From Basidiobolus meristosporus CBS 931.73 (lineage: Eukaryota > Fungi > Basidiobolomycota), in assembly GCA_002104905.1 (NCBI GenBank), contig MCFE01000124.1, positions 1 through 64,000 on the forward strand: 64,000 nucleotides of DNA. The letters run 5' to 3'. Within the stretch, counting starts at the first letter, position 1; each line of letters begins with the position of its first letter. Positions 13,157 to 25,645 of the stretch are shown piece by piece. Both the position numbers and the translations under genes were made by a program. The notes below the pieces were generated by a model, which saw only the letters and a list, made by a program, of their open reading frames with translations, was not told where the DNA came from and did no database searches.

Positions 13157-14518
13157 CTAGTTTGTCTGTTTGGTGGCTGCAACCATCGCAACAAGCGCGG
13201 ACCCAATGCAGCCACCGTCGCGAGCCAATTCTAATTTTATTCTTGCTACTCTTTCGGGGCCAAGAATCAACTCCATTGAACGCCTGATGCGTTGAGCAAA
13301 ATACGGATAGAACTCATAGACCGATCCGTCGATGCCTATGGTGATTACGTCGTCGTTATCCAGGGAGACTGTTTTGTTGTTGGCTTGAAGTAACAGTGCC
13401 GCAATGGATGCCCCCACAATGGTAGCTGACCGTGTAGCGATCAGTTTGCAAATTCTGTGTATCTTCGTTCTGTCATCATTGGTCATTGGTTGTTGCAATG
13501 GAAAGTGTTTAACGAAAATGGCCTCGGCGTTAGGATGATCGGGGTTGGGGTCACTTTCAATGGTCGACATGAATAACGTTTTGAACTCGTACGGTTTGTC
13601 CAGATTACTCGGGAGTTTCCCACCAAAGAGCTCGTTGTTAGCACAAAGGTCGACCATAATACGCCGAGCTATTTCGCCCATGTACATGCCTGATACCATC
13701 TTCTCGAGACGCTGGAAGCCTGGAGTAAACGTTTCGACGTCGAGCTCGTCATCATACTTCGTATATGGCAGAGTATCTCGCGCCATAGTGCTGTATTCCG
13801 TGTTGAGGATCATCTGCTCGACCTCAGGCCCAGTGTACTTCGCAATCTTCGCCCCGGACTCGAGGTAAGCAGCATTTGTTCCTGTGGCTAAGATCAACCC
13901 TATTTTGGTACTGGGGGAGACATAAGCGTGGGAAACCAGGGTCCCGACAGTGTCATTGATGATGGCAGACACCACAATATTATCCAACCCTTTACGCTTA
14001 AAACCCGCTTCAAGGAGATCCTTTAAATCATGCCCCTTCACTCCACTCAAATTGAACCCTTTCCCCATTTTCCCTACGATTCCACGGTTGATGGATGTCT
14101 GGTTTAGGGCAAAGGAGAAGGTTACCCCCATATGGAAATTTGCGGTTCCAACGCTGATGGTAGTGTCCTGTAGTAAGTCGGCTGTGCAATCAGCAATCCA
14201 ATCGAAGAGCCTTGAGCCTTCCCCCTGTCGGATTTCGGTGGAGATGGCGTACTTGCGCATGTTCACCCCGACTTGTCCGTCACCCAACAAAGTTACGGCG
14301 GCTGTACGGAGGTTAGTCCCGCCCAAGTCAATAGCCAAGTAAGTTCCTGTTTCTTTCCCGGTGGGTAAGGAGGTGACATACGACGGTATCTGGCCTATCA
14401 CCTCAGAATCGGTATGCGACAGCCCGTGCTCCAAATCATTCACGATACTAGAAGAGATTCTTTTTACGAGGTCTGGAGATAAAGTGAATAGTGACTCGAT
14501 TTCTTGAAATTTCGACAT
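13157..14518 (-). CDS. Hexokinase-family sugar kinase (intronless, MGKGF variant)
   Basis: Motifs DLGGTNLR, TFSF, INDTVGTL, ATGTN, NTEY, EKMVSGMYMGE, IDGSVY and DGGCIGSAL are present. The ATG at 14518 was used because the ORF track begins at an upstream TTG. Confidence 0.92.
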   Translation of the reverse strand: MSKFQEIESLFTLSPDLVKRISSSIVNDLEHGLSHTDSEVIGQIPSYVTSLPTGKETGTYLAIDLGGTNLRTAAVTLLGDGQVGVNMRKYAISTEIRQGEGSRLFDWIADCTADLLQDTTISVGTANFHMGVTFSFALNQTSINRGIVGKMGKGFNLSGVKGHDLKDLLEAGFKRKGLDNIVVSAIINDTVGTLVSHAYVSPSTKIGLILATGTNAAYLESGAKIAKYTGPEVEQMILNTEYSTMARDTLPYTKYDDELDVETFTPGFQRLEKMVSGMYMGEIARRIMVDLCANNELFGGKLPSNLDKPYEFKTLFMSTIESDPNPDHPNAEAIFVKHFPLQQPMTNDDRTKIHRICKLIATRSATIVGASIAALLLQANNKTVSLDNDDVITIGIDGSVYEFYPYFAQRIRRSMELILGPERVARIKLELARDGGCIGSALVAMVAATKQTN

Positions 14519-17180
14519 GTTGAAGTGACCGAGATGCAATTGTCAATAGAGCTTCCTCAACGAGAGCCGGTTTTAAAGCCATATTTATGCACTGTCGGGA
14601 AGAAAGTGCGAGCCAATTGTTTTGATACAGTGGTACGTGGTATGACACACGCCGGCGGTATCAATCACTGAATGCCCACAGCATATTTCAATTGCGATTG
14701 TTTTTTCAGAAAGATGGTAGAAGCTGACCTTGTATGCCTTCGTCACTCTACCGGCACCCAATCACATGGCATACAGTGAAGGCTTAAGGGTAGTTTAAAA
14801 CCGAGAATTACCCTATCCAAAGAAAATAGATCGAGTAGCCAGTCCAATTAGAGACATATATTGTAAGCTCGACCTTTTCGCAAATACCAAATGGTTGCTA
14901 GCCAATTGCGGTTCTTCATTTCCAAACAGCAAACTTCAAATCACAAACGCGCTACACCCCCAACAGCCACCAAATGCACATGTGTATGAATCACTCTACC
15001 AGGGATCAGCATACCTGCGAGGCATCCGGTAAGTTCGTAGGCTGCCATTAGCCTAGCCACATTAATTTCACCAGATGCACCGCACTAACCCGTGGTACAT
15101 CAACGATACCCTTCGAACCCATTGCACAGATCAAGAACGTAGCTGCTGTGAAGCAACACTCGAGCTCGCTAAAACTCTGTGTACAGACAGCAGCATCAAG
15201 TGGATGCGGTGCAAATATTGGAAGAAGCCCGCAATTAAGAAAAGCAAAACTTAATTCGTGCGCTCTTTAGGGATTCTCTGAAACACGAAGAGACGAAAAT
15301 GATGGACCCTGCCTTAATAATGGCATTTGTGGGTGCAGTACGCTCCTACATACCTGATGACCAGCACTTTGAGTGAACGCTCAACTCGGCACAACTGCGA
15401 TCTTCGCTACTCGCAAGCTATGTGACCCAAGCCACTTTGCCTAGATCGATATGTGCCTGGCCAGAATGGAAAGTCCATTGGAATCCCGCAGCATAGTTGG
15501 TTTAGCCACCCTGCCCAATTCCCAAAGACGGCGCATACTATCTAAGCTCTCACTTCTAAGAATGTGGGTTGATCACCAGATAGGTCATGTGACATGAACT
15601 GTGGCTTGATTGGACATCAACAGCAAGCGGAGAAGCGTATTACCTAACCCAAATCCTCAGAGTTGGATCGGCCAACGGAAATGCCACCAAGGGCATGCAT
15701 GGCACGAAGGTAAGACATCATCGGCAGCCAAAGAACAGGGTATAGAACTGGGAACCATTGCAAAGAGTGTAAACAGACCACTTTTGCGAGTGCCCTTATC
15801 AATATCCATCAATCTCTCATTATACCTGAAATGCACCCAGTTTCCAAAAGAAGACTAAGACACGCTTGATTCCTCGTTTACTTCAAGTCACACAGTGTTT
15901 TCTTCGGAATCATTCAACTTTAAGAACCGATACAAATCCTAGAATCCATCAACTGCTGTCTCATTAGAGGCCCAGGTATTGGTGAAAGACAAAGAGCAGT
16001 ATGGCCTATTTCGGCTATTAGCCATAAAGTTGCCAGTCATGAAAGTTTGCTGGTGATACAAAAAAGCAAGTCATGGTGAAACCAGCTGATATTTGGAATC
16101 GAAATCTCGATGAGTTCCGAGGTCGCCAAGTCACTCGCTCAACAATTATGCAAGACTCGTAGACACTGCATTGAAGATATCACGACTCGACAAGAGCATG
16201 ATTGTCCACTTGCCTGATCCTTGCAAACTTCCCTCTTCCATTTCCATAGACTACATGCGGTTCTTAATCACCAGGATTGACTCTTTTCGCTAGGGCCGAT
16301 TGTGCTGTGACTTCGATATATATGAACCTTCATCTCAATCTATATCTAGCACTTCATAGAACCAAAGGTAACATGTGCGTGTATTCTTTTCCCGTGACCA
16401 TTGTTCTTTCGTGACAGGTTTGAAATCTCGCGAGCCTCGAGAAGCCAAGCTTCTCACAATAGTTTCAATCAGTATGTGTAAATCAATATTGTGAATGAGC
16501 TATGGGAACATGGTTTCAGGTTGATCCCGGATATCGTCGTTCCCTATTACTCTGGGTTCAAGATCAGATAGTTGATGAGAAAAGATGAAGCGAATCAGCC
16601 AGTACAATACATGATTTTATAAGAAGCAATATATAGCCGTATATGATTCAATTAGTCTAATACCAATACCCAACTAATCAGAGCCATCCATATCATATAT
16701 ATTTCAATTACTAACCCTAACCACTCTTTCGAGAGCGTGCATATACTCGATTTATATTGAAATGTGTATTAAATATACAGGTGTATATTGAGCAATTGCA
16801 TCCTAATGCGAGAGCCTGGATTCCACTCGCCATGGGATTGGATAGTGTATTTAGGGTGGTGTTCGGTGGGGGTTATGTATATAATTACTTTATATAGATA
16901 TTCGAAATCGATCCTCAAATATTGGGGATGTCGCGTAGGTTGCTCATTGGTGCCTACTGCTTGAGCTCACCTTGCTCTTCAATTATCGGTCCTTGGTGAT
17001 TAACTGATACATTATTTTATGAATCAAAGTCGCATATGAATCGTCAGGTGGGTTAATCTTTCTGGTCCAATCACAATTTATATCAATCGGAAGTGATGTG
17101 GCATATAAAAGATGATCGCGCCAAGCTCTTGATTCTTCAATATCCTACTCTCGCGCTTCATCCTTCTCCCTCTTTGCATA

Positions 17181-17618
17181 ATGTTATTGGAAATCACTTC
17201 CGCAACTGAATTTCTTTGCCGTTTAATCCCCTCCGGACAGCTGTCCTCTGTACAAACTGATGACCTCAAGAAACAAATTGGTCGTTTAATGTCTGATAAA
17301 TTTTCCTCCCATTGGGATGTTGATCAGCCCTTCATTGGAAATGCTTATCGCGCAATTTGTAACTTTGCTGGCCGTATGGATCCTCTTCTATATACTGCAG
17401 CAATCCACGCGCACGTTGAGCCATCAGCTATCGAACAATTCCTACCCAAAGATTTGGTGCTTTGGGTCGATCCATTTTCAGTTTCGTATCGTGTTGGAGA
17501 TCACGGCCTCGTTCGTACGTTATATGAAGATCGCTCACGCGGCAAAGTTACGCTAAAATCACCAAGCCCCAAAGGACAAACATCTCCCAAGAAACTCAAT
17601 TATGTATTGGCTAATTGA
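17181..17618 (+). CDS. BTG/Tob (anti-proliferative) family protein, 145 aa
   Basis: Box A-like KFSSHWDVDQPFIGNAYRAI and box B-like LPKDLVLWVDPFSVSYRVGDHG, with an ATG start. Confidence 0.88.
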   Translation: MLLEITSATEFLCRLIPSGQLSSVQTDDLKKQIGRLMSDKFSSHWDVDQPFIGNAYRAICNFAGRMDPLLYTAAIHAHVEPSAIEQFLPKDLVLWVDPFSVSYRVGDHGLVRTLYEDRSRGKVTLKSPSPKGQTSPKKLNYVLAN

Positions 17619-19769
17619 GTCGGTTGCTAAAGTGATATATATTGCCACCAATATGTAATCTATGTTGAGGTCACCATGTCGCCCTAATCATTTCACTCAT
17701 TCATTGCTTGTATTAGTTGTCCGCTCGTCTATGGTTTTCCCGGTGGTGTCTGTAAATGTACTATCTAAATTTGTATTAGGAATTTCATTTTGACCTTACA
17801 GACATCGGAAACGCCCTCAACAGACGCGTATTAGTTGGCGTGCCAGCTTCGACCAACTCCCTTGATATTTTGTAAATTATTAAAGTTCATTTGTGCCTTA
17901 TTTTAACAAGACCAGTACATTTAAGTTGGTAGTTCTTATTCATCGTCGACCGACATTTAGTATCGCCATCACCATAAAGCGGGATAGCGGTGGTGAGGTA
18001 ACCGGTTTCCTGTACTAATCAGGAAATGGTTCCAGTTTAATCATTCAGATAAAATAGCAAAAATACATCTGTGGAAGGAACTAGATCGGCCTGTGTATTT
18101 AAAAACGCGTTTGTTCTCTCAACTAGCCTAATATATATATATGAGATCGCAATTGAAGGATGAAGTTCTATCAGAAATTCGTTCAATATTTATATTGTTT
18201 ATTATTCATCATAATACGTCGATGCTATATGAATTGAATATTTGGTACCAGTCTCTGCTGGTGGAAGCTTTCCGTTGGGTATAATCCAGACTGAATGCTG
18301 GGCACATCATAGTCACATGAGTTAAAATGAAGCATTATATACTGAGCATAGTGACTTGAATATATCAAAGGCTGACGTAACTAATTGGGTTTGTCTCGCC
18401 TTTGTGCATGGTATCATAGTTGCAGATTGTCTGATTTAACGACGATGGCAAGGGTAATGAGGTAATAATATGACGTGGTTTTTTCTTGTGGATGGCGGCT
18501 CATTATGAATGCTAACAGGTGGTGTTTCTTTATTTGATAATATTTCAGCGAGGATATGGATCATGATTCCAATCACTGGCGATAGAAAGCGGAGCATTGT
18601 CCAGAAATATACGGCTAATGATCCATAGCACGTCGCTTGTTTTCTACAATGCAAATCCATGTATTCTATTAGATTAATTCACTTCTCATGGTATATTGTT
18701 CATCAGCTTGTAAATCAGATATATCCAGGAAGAGATCGATCCAAGTCACTGAGGCTTCCAATGGAAATGCGCGGCTTCGATCTATCATATATACATTGCA
18801 CGCCTCTCTGCTGATCAAACGTATCGTTGGGGTCACAAAGGTGAATTAGATTTCCAGGAAGTATATCGGTTGGTTTCTCAAATTAGTTAGATCTATATGT
18901 GCTATTATTGATTCATACGGATTGTTCGTGCATTGCATATTTATATATTACCATTGCTATACTTGACTGCTGCGCATCTAAAGCTGAACAGGGTATTCCC
19001 GGAATGTTTACAGACCAGATTGCTGCACGCTTCATACAGACATAAATCACAGTCGAGCGCTACCTTTTTTCCAATTGGGATGAGCAAGGCAACTGCTGTG
19101 ATTCTATTCCCTAGAACCAGAAGCCTCTCACTACCCTAGTTGATTAGTGGTCCTTACTCATCGTTGGGTTCACTTAACCTCCTTTACTCTATCCAGGTTT
19201 GAATGGACTGTATGGTGTGATAAAAGCCCAATGAGTTTGCTGATCCCATATCCAAGGGAGATGATTTGTCATGTGTCATTTGCATTGGTGTAACCAGTGT
19301 TATATCTTTCGTGGGGTCTTAGACATGGGCACAGGTAAAACTTGAGGCTTTTTCTATTGGTAGGTGTGTATATGTCAAAACGGTTACATATATAGTCGGT
19401 GTTTGCTTCCGGCACTTCAAACATTGATATATATATATATTTACGGCAACGCAACCTTCACCACCAGACTTCTATTCTTGTACTTGTTTATTCAGGTTTT
19501 TATCGTGCTTGTGGACAGCAGCCTTGCACCCTGTTAATCATCTTCATCTCCTTATATACCAATAAGGCCAGTGTTAGCTTGGCCACAACAGCGCACATTC
19601 TTGTGAATAATATATGCATACTTGTCTGAGAACAATAAGCATATTCTCTGACAGTAGCCAACAGTAGCGATTCGTATCCCTTTTCATAGGCATTGAAAGC
19701 GAACAGTCCGGGGCAGACTTCACCGTCTAGGAAATTCGAAAGGATTGTTATTCATTCATTCATTACACA

Positions 19770-21209
19770 ATGAGTGCAGGTCTGATTCTGACTTGTGTCT
19801 TGACACCGCTGTGGGTGTTGCAATCGTTCGGTAGCTCAGTCGTATTTTGGAGGCATAGAGATACCGATTACATAAAATATCGCTCCCCTAAGCTTAGTCT
19901 ACTTATGGAGTTGTTTGTATGTATCATTGGCGTGTTATACATGCTCCGATGGAGTCTAACCGGCTCTATCCCTTGCTTTGTGATTGTATGGATAACCGAA
20001 TTTGGATACCCGGTGATATATCTTGCAATCATTGCACGCTCTGTTCGGTTGCTTTTCCTCTATCGGTTAAGCGAAGCCAAGCTAGCTTCTGCACTCACCA
20101 ACAATACTGCCACGAAACATAACCTCAAATCCGAGCGCACAGTAAATCTGAAGAAACGGTCCAGCAATGACTCTGGGATGGAGATGAGAAACCTAACATA
20201 CCCATCAGATTCATCTATAGTCAACAGTAATGGTACTAGACCGCCTACTACCGCCCTTCCTCTGGAGCAAAGCTGGTTTCATCAACACCGATATATTCTG
20301 AGCTCAAACTTCCTCAACACATCCATTGGGACTGCCATGGTGTTCCATATAATGATCCTGATAGTCTTACAGGCATTCAGCGAGAACATTGCCATAATAC
20401 CGAAGGTGATTACGAGTAACTGCTTCAATGGATGGGAATGGATCCCCCACCAAATCTTCGTCGTTCTATACAACGTTATCCTCTTCATCTTTGTGATAAT
20501 GTTGCGCAATGTGTCGGATGCATACGGGATCCGAGGGGAGCTACTCTACATGAGCCTGGTGAACATGTTCTTCGACGTATTCTTTATCATTTATTTCCAC
20601 ATCTCAACTCTTCGTACCTTCGATCCTAATGATTACGCGGTTAATCTTGCCTTCATCCCTCTTCTAACCTTCCAATACCATATGATAGTTCGGCCAGTCT
20701 TAATCACTCGGGGCTATCCGAGCATCACCTCATTATTCTCACGACGCACTGGGAATGATCTGAGTTCGAATATCAACGCATACCCGCTAACCGCAACCAA
20801 GGTATCATTTGAGCAAGTCATGGACAACTACACGCTCTGGGAGCAATTCAAGCTTTTTGCGGTGCAGGATTTTTCTGTGGAGAATGTGCTGTTTTTCGAA
20901 AGGTGTCGTAGGCTGAAGGATAGCTGGACATGCGATGAAACTGGTGAGTTGAAGGTGGAGGTAATAGAGACGGAGGTGCGGGATGTGTATGATACCTTCA
21001 TCACGCCAAACGCACGATTGATGGTGAATCTCAATGGGAAGACACGGAGACAAATCCAGGAGGCACTCAATCAGAAGAACATCAGCGTGGATATCTTTGA
21101 CAGGGCGGTGGAAGAGGTGTCTGAGCTTATGTTTAGAAACACCTATCCTAGATTCATTCAATCTAGGCGGAGTAGCTATCTGAAATGGGAGGATGTGGGC
21201 AATGTATAA
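19770..21209 (+). CDS. 7TM receptor-like protein fused to a C-terminal RGS domain (479 aa)
   Basis: Seven hydrophobic segments in about aa 1-310. RGS signature follows: SFEQVM..FKLFAVQDFSVENVLFF..VYDTFI..LMVNL..DIFDRAVEEVSELMFRNTYPRF. Confidence 0.9.
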   Translation: MSAGLILTCVLTPLWVLQSFGSSVVFWRHRDTDYIKYRSPKLSLLMELFVCIIGVLYMLRWSLTGSIPCFVIVWITEFGYPVIYLAIIARSVRLLFLYRLSEAKLASALTNNTATKHNLKSERTVNLKKRSSNDSGMEMRNLTYPSDSSIVNSNGTRPPTTALPLEQSWFHQHRYILSSNFLNTSIGTAMVFHIMILIVLQAFSENIAIIPKVITSNCFNGWEWIPHQIFVVLYNVILFIFVIMLRNVSDAYGIRGELLYMSLVNMFFDVFFIIYFHISTLRTFDPNDYAVNLAFIPLLTFQYHMIVRPVLITRGYPSITSLFSRRTGNDLSSNINAYPLTATKVSFEQVMDNYTLWEQFKLFAVQDFSVENVLFFERCRRLKDSWTCDETGELKVEVIETEVRDVYDTFITPNARLMVNLNGKTRRQIQEALNQKNISVDIFDRAVEEVSELMFRNTYPRFIQSRRSSYLKWEDVGNV

Positions 21210-22651
21210 ACCAAACCAATTCTGCTGCCCCGATCAATCACCGATCACATGGACCAAGTGTTCCTAAAACATCGCATTCACATCTTAAATAGCCATCAAT
21301 TGATATTCTCGGTGACCAATACCCATTCCATTGATCCATCATTTTTATTCAGAGCTTGATCCATCTTCATACATCCCGGTATACCAATAGAGCGTGTCCC
21401 TGTTAAGCACATTGCTGTACAATACAATACAACACAATACAAATCAGTACGTTCCTTCCAAAACCAGTCCATTCGTTGCACGAGTATTATGCCACTGTGT
21501 TTGGCTACCCGGGGGATTTATCGGATCACGACAAATGTTTGAACCCGAGCCCCTATTTCATCCACCCAATCTACGCTCCGAACTCAGGGTGGGTAAAGCA
21601 GCAATTCTATGGCAGTATAATTGGTGATCTGGGCGGAAACATGGTGATCGCACTACGGCGAAGGGGCTCCTTTGTTTATCCACGTAAGGACTTATCGGCG
21701 CTGGACACCGATTATGCCAGCAATGGTCGCTATAGGCTGGTGGCTGGGTCATAAGTTGACGAAATGGATCAGACAACCGGTACCAATGTTTCCATATTCA
21801 ACCAAGCCATAGTTCTCCTAAACAGATGATGCTCATTGCTACTTGGCCTATGTCGAGAGGGGGGGGGGCGGAAGCTCAAGGACCACCCACCGAGCCAGGG
21901 ATCGGGTGCATGGTGAGCGTTCGCGAGTTTGAGCCGTCTACGTATCCGCTCATACGGTTCCCCCTTGAGCATTGGCGTACCAATGACTGGGTAAGCACGT
22001 GAGGTAGAGTGAATTCGCCTTCGGGTGGCTGTGGACGGGATTGGGTTTGGTGGAACCAGCAGGAATATCCAGGTAAGCTACTACGATCAGTTCCGGTAAA
22101 CCTGCCGACGTTACTGTCACATATCCGGTAAAGAGGGGATTCAGGCCAAGCGATGTTCAGGTTGACCTATGGGTCCTAGCGCCCGGTGACCAAGTGAACA
22201 TACACCATATGTAGTCCGAAGTTGTATGGGAAGTCCTCATCGGTGCTGGTTACCTGGAATCGGGGAATAAATTCCGGGTGGCTGTGAGTCTATTTCACCA
22301 AACCGAGCCCAGCTGGATGATAGGATACACTGGTCCCGAGTCCATTGGTCCAGATTAGGGAATGCTCCCTCGATATTGATGCAGCTCAAACAGTAAGTGT
22401 ATATAGATCAGCCGCATCCTAGTCCTTTGGTTCGATATGGTAATTCCCATAACGGCTTGGGCGGGGTTGGATTCAACATATCGATCGGCCATCCGGTAGG
22501 TGATGATGGATCACTTTATTCAAGAGGTAATTTTAGAGGTATTCAGCCGGTTCGTCATGGTTTAGGCAAAAGATGGGGGAGAGGGTATTCCGAGAAACTG
22601 CGTGCTAGCCCAGTGCATGCTGGAAAAATGGTGAACCCTCGATTGGTTTCG

Positions 22652-24138
22652 TTAAAAGGCGGGTAATTGGGTTCCGCGGGACCCACTTTTCAAGGTGGCT
22701 GGCGAGTCGGACACCTCTCTCTTGGCCGGTTTACCCTTGCGGGCTTTGGATACACTGGACACATCGTGAGAATAGGTGGCAACTGCATGGGCAATGCCAC
22801 GGGCATTGATCAAGAAGGCCCGGTGATTGATGCTGGATGTGTTATCACATGCTTGATGATAGCACTGATCTAATTGTTGGCCAGCCTTGCCACCGAATTT
22901 CTTGGCTTCCTCTTCAGTCTTGAGCTCGTCCGCCCCGGTATCAAGACCTCCGGAGGGAATCCCAACGGCCGCGAAAGGTCCAACATCCGAGCGGCTGTAG
23001 GGGTAGAGGCCACTCTCGTAAACAACGTCCTTGGCTTGGAAGTGCTTCTCGAATAACGCAGTAACAACCTCCGAGCCAGCAGGTGTGGGCTGTCCGCTCG
23101 AATCCCCGTTAAGAACACGAATAACATAGTTGGGCGAGGCAATCATATCGAAGTTGAGGATGACTGCAATGCTGTCGATATCGGTCTTGCTCAGCTTGCC
23201 GACATAGTGCTCGGACCCCAGGAGGCCGAACTCCTCAGCAGACCACCAGCCAAAGCGCACCTTGTTCTTGGGTCTGGTGTGGCCGAACTGGCGAGCAACC
23301 TCGAGCAGAGCAGCGCTACCCGAGCCATTGTCATTGATACCTGGACCAGCACGAACCGAATCCGAGTGGGCTCCGAGGAAGATTACCTTGGTTGGGTCCC
23401 CACCCTTGGTCTCGGCTATGACATTGTAGGTGGTACGATTCTCACGAAGCTCCTTGAGGTTCAGGTTTACTTTAAGCTCGCCGCTCTTAAGAAGGTCAAT
23501 GAATACTTTGCCGTTTTCTTGGCTGATACCTCCGGTGGGAATGCTGGAGGTCCCCTCGGCCCCAAGCGTTCCTTTGAAATCTCCGGGAGCATTGTTGTAG
23601 ACAATGGCTGCAACAGCCCCAAGCTTGGCTGCATTAACTGATTTGTTGTTGAAGGCACAGCCGCCACGCTCTATCAAGGCGACCTTGCCCTGGAGATCAA
23701 CTCCAGCGAAATCACCTTCCTCACAGCCTGCTGTCCCCTTCGCGCCGGTAACATCGGGGACGAGAGCAACAGGTGCATTAAGTCCGCCTTGGGGGTTGAG
23801 GCAGTTAGGGTTAGTGCATTGATGGTGTATTCCTTCCCATTAGCTGAAAGCTTCTGAGCCAGGGTCTCGGAGTAAGGTGCAGAGAACTCTTGGAGGGAGA
23901 CCTTGTACCCCGCCTTCTTGACAACCCCATAGATGTAGTCAATGGTACGTTTGTGTCCTTCACTACCGAAAACACGGGTTCCGTTATGCTTATTGGCGAA
24001 TTGTTGAAGCTTGTCTGTATGGCGGAGAAGACCTCTAAGGGTGATCTTCTTCTGAAGCAGTTCGGAGCGGAGGCCCTCATATTTGAGGGCGGTGGCAGCT
24101 GCAGCGGTCAAAGCAAGAAGCGCGAGAGAGGCTTTCAT
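22652..24138 (-). CDS. Secreted M28 aminopeptidase (ApY/Lap2-like, PA domain), copy 1, with a 1-nt frameshift at about 23787
   Basis: Signal peptide MKASLALLALTAAAATA and zinc/catalytic motifs GAHSDSV, NDNGSG, SAEEFGLLGS, LNFDMIASPN and CYHQACD. The N- and C-terminal ORFs are offset by one base at AAG GC GGA (expected AAG GGC GGA). This could be a real lesion or an assembly error. Confidence 0.85.
22878..23443. repeat. Left arm of a 566-bp near-identical inverted repeat (partner 26342-26907)
   Basis: The reverse complement matches 26342-26907 with three mismatches by manual reading. Confidence 0.9.
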
Positions 24139-25645
24139 AGTGGATGTTGCTTTATCTCGAAATCGGGGTGAGTGGTATGGTTATGATCGGTTGAGCGGGC
24201 TTATATACATGGGGAAACATACCTTTAGTGGTGGAAGGGACAAGTTTGTGTAATCCACAATTCAGAGCGTCCTTCTTCACGACATTTCTTGCGCAGATGA
24301 TTAATTCTCATCCCCAGTTGCACATATGTAATCACTTTCCCGCTTTGTGCGATTTGGAATGGCAAGAGTAGCATGCATTTTAGGGCTTTCTAGGGAAATC
24401 CATCCGCGTATTCATCAATTGCACCAGACTCGTCACACAAGAATGCTGGCCACATGTTGCCATTAAATGGCTCGTCGACTTGCAGAATGGGTGCAGATGT
24501 GAGCGCAAGGCCTAATTTCAGGACATGAATTAATTGGTTGGTATAAAAGGAATATTATGAACGACTGGAGCCCAATCTGAAATATCGGGTGGTGGAATCC
24601 CACCTTGACGTCGAATCTCACATAACCAACCATGAAATACGGCAGCAGTGAGGTACGATTCACCAGGTTGAAAGCAACAAACTGGATTTCCTTTTACCCA
24701 TCCGTATTTAGGTACGCTTTCCTTGGTGCCAAGGTACTGGATATCTCGGATTTCCTTATGTGATACATCATCATCTTGTGCTGCCGTACCCACACTAGCT
24801 CTGTGTAACTTAGCCAGGTAGCTTTACTAACCCTAAGGACTGCGTCGAAGACTACATTCCTGGCTGACGTGGGGTCGGGTTTTCGTTGTACAGTGTGTTA
24901 TTGACTTCATGGGTGGTCGAGATTATGAGGTTGCAGTTCGGCTGTTGCCCTTTCTCTTCGTGCAGAAAGCCCAAGAACCTCGAAAGCAAGGACTAGTTAG
25001 CTTTGCAGCAGTATATTCGTCAGCAATGATCTTTATTGAATCATTGCTGCATGCTTTGGCTTGTAGAACATCTTCGCCTATCTGGGTAGCTTGCTACGAT
25101 CAATGCGTAGGCAATCTGGTAAGGATGTGCCACTTGTTTTCTCGAAAAGGGTGGTGGAACCCACTGCTAGAACACTATCCCAAATGGTGGAATGGCCAGC
25201 TTCATGGATACAAATATTCAGAAACAATCTCGTCATTTGATATATAGGTTGGATTGAGGAAACTCTAATTGGGTCGAGTCGATATTCTTTTGGCTAGCGA
25301 ATGCTGGTTGCTATATGCATCAAATCTCCTCATCTATCGTTGCACATCAATGAGCGCCTCTTTTGGCAGATGGGGAAAGAGTTGCGGTTCGATCAATCAA
25401 TCAATCTAGTGCAAAAGCCAAGTAATTCTGACAAGAGTGGAGATAGCAAAGTCGGCAAATGAAAGGGTTTGGATGATGCTCCAGTTTAATGCAGAAAGCC
25501 CGAGTCTTCCTTCGAGGGTTCACGGTGCCTTATTGGCCTCTAATATTAGAAGAACACGTTCCTGACCGTTGTTGCGGTGTTTACATACATTGTACAACGC
25601 TATAAAAATTCATCAACATTGCACCACTCACACTAAAAAATTACC

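Noticed and set aside
16600-19450. ApT-rich patches upstream of the BTG and RGS genes as possible 6mA clusters of early-diverging fungi
   Set aside because: Methylation cannot be seen in sequence, and AT runs are ordinary in promoters.
21394-22666. Protein-like fragments between the RGS and M28 genes
   Set aside because: Frames are interrupted and no family was recognised. It may be an old pseudogene, but I cannot support that.
23760-23880. An intron (CTAAC..CAAG) as the explanation of the M28 copy 1 frameshift
   Set aside because: No GT donor upstream, and the region is colinear codon-for-codon with copy 2, so it is exonic.
25078-25236. HEAGH (HExxH) motif in a 52-aa minus-strand ORF inside the inverted cassette
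   Set aside because: Too short, with no supporting metalloprotease context; probably chance.
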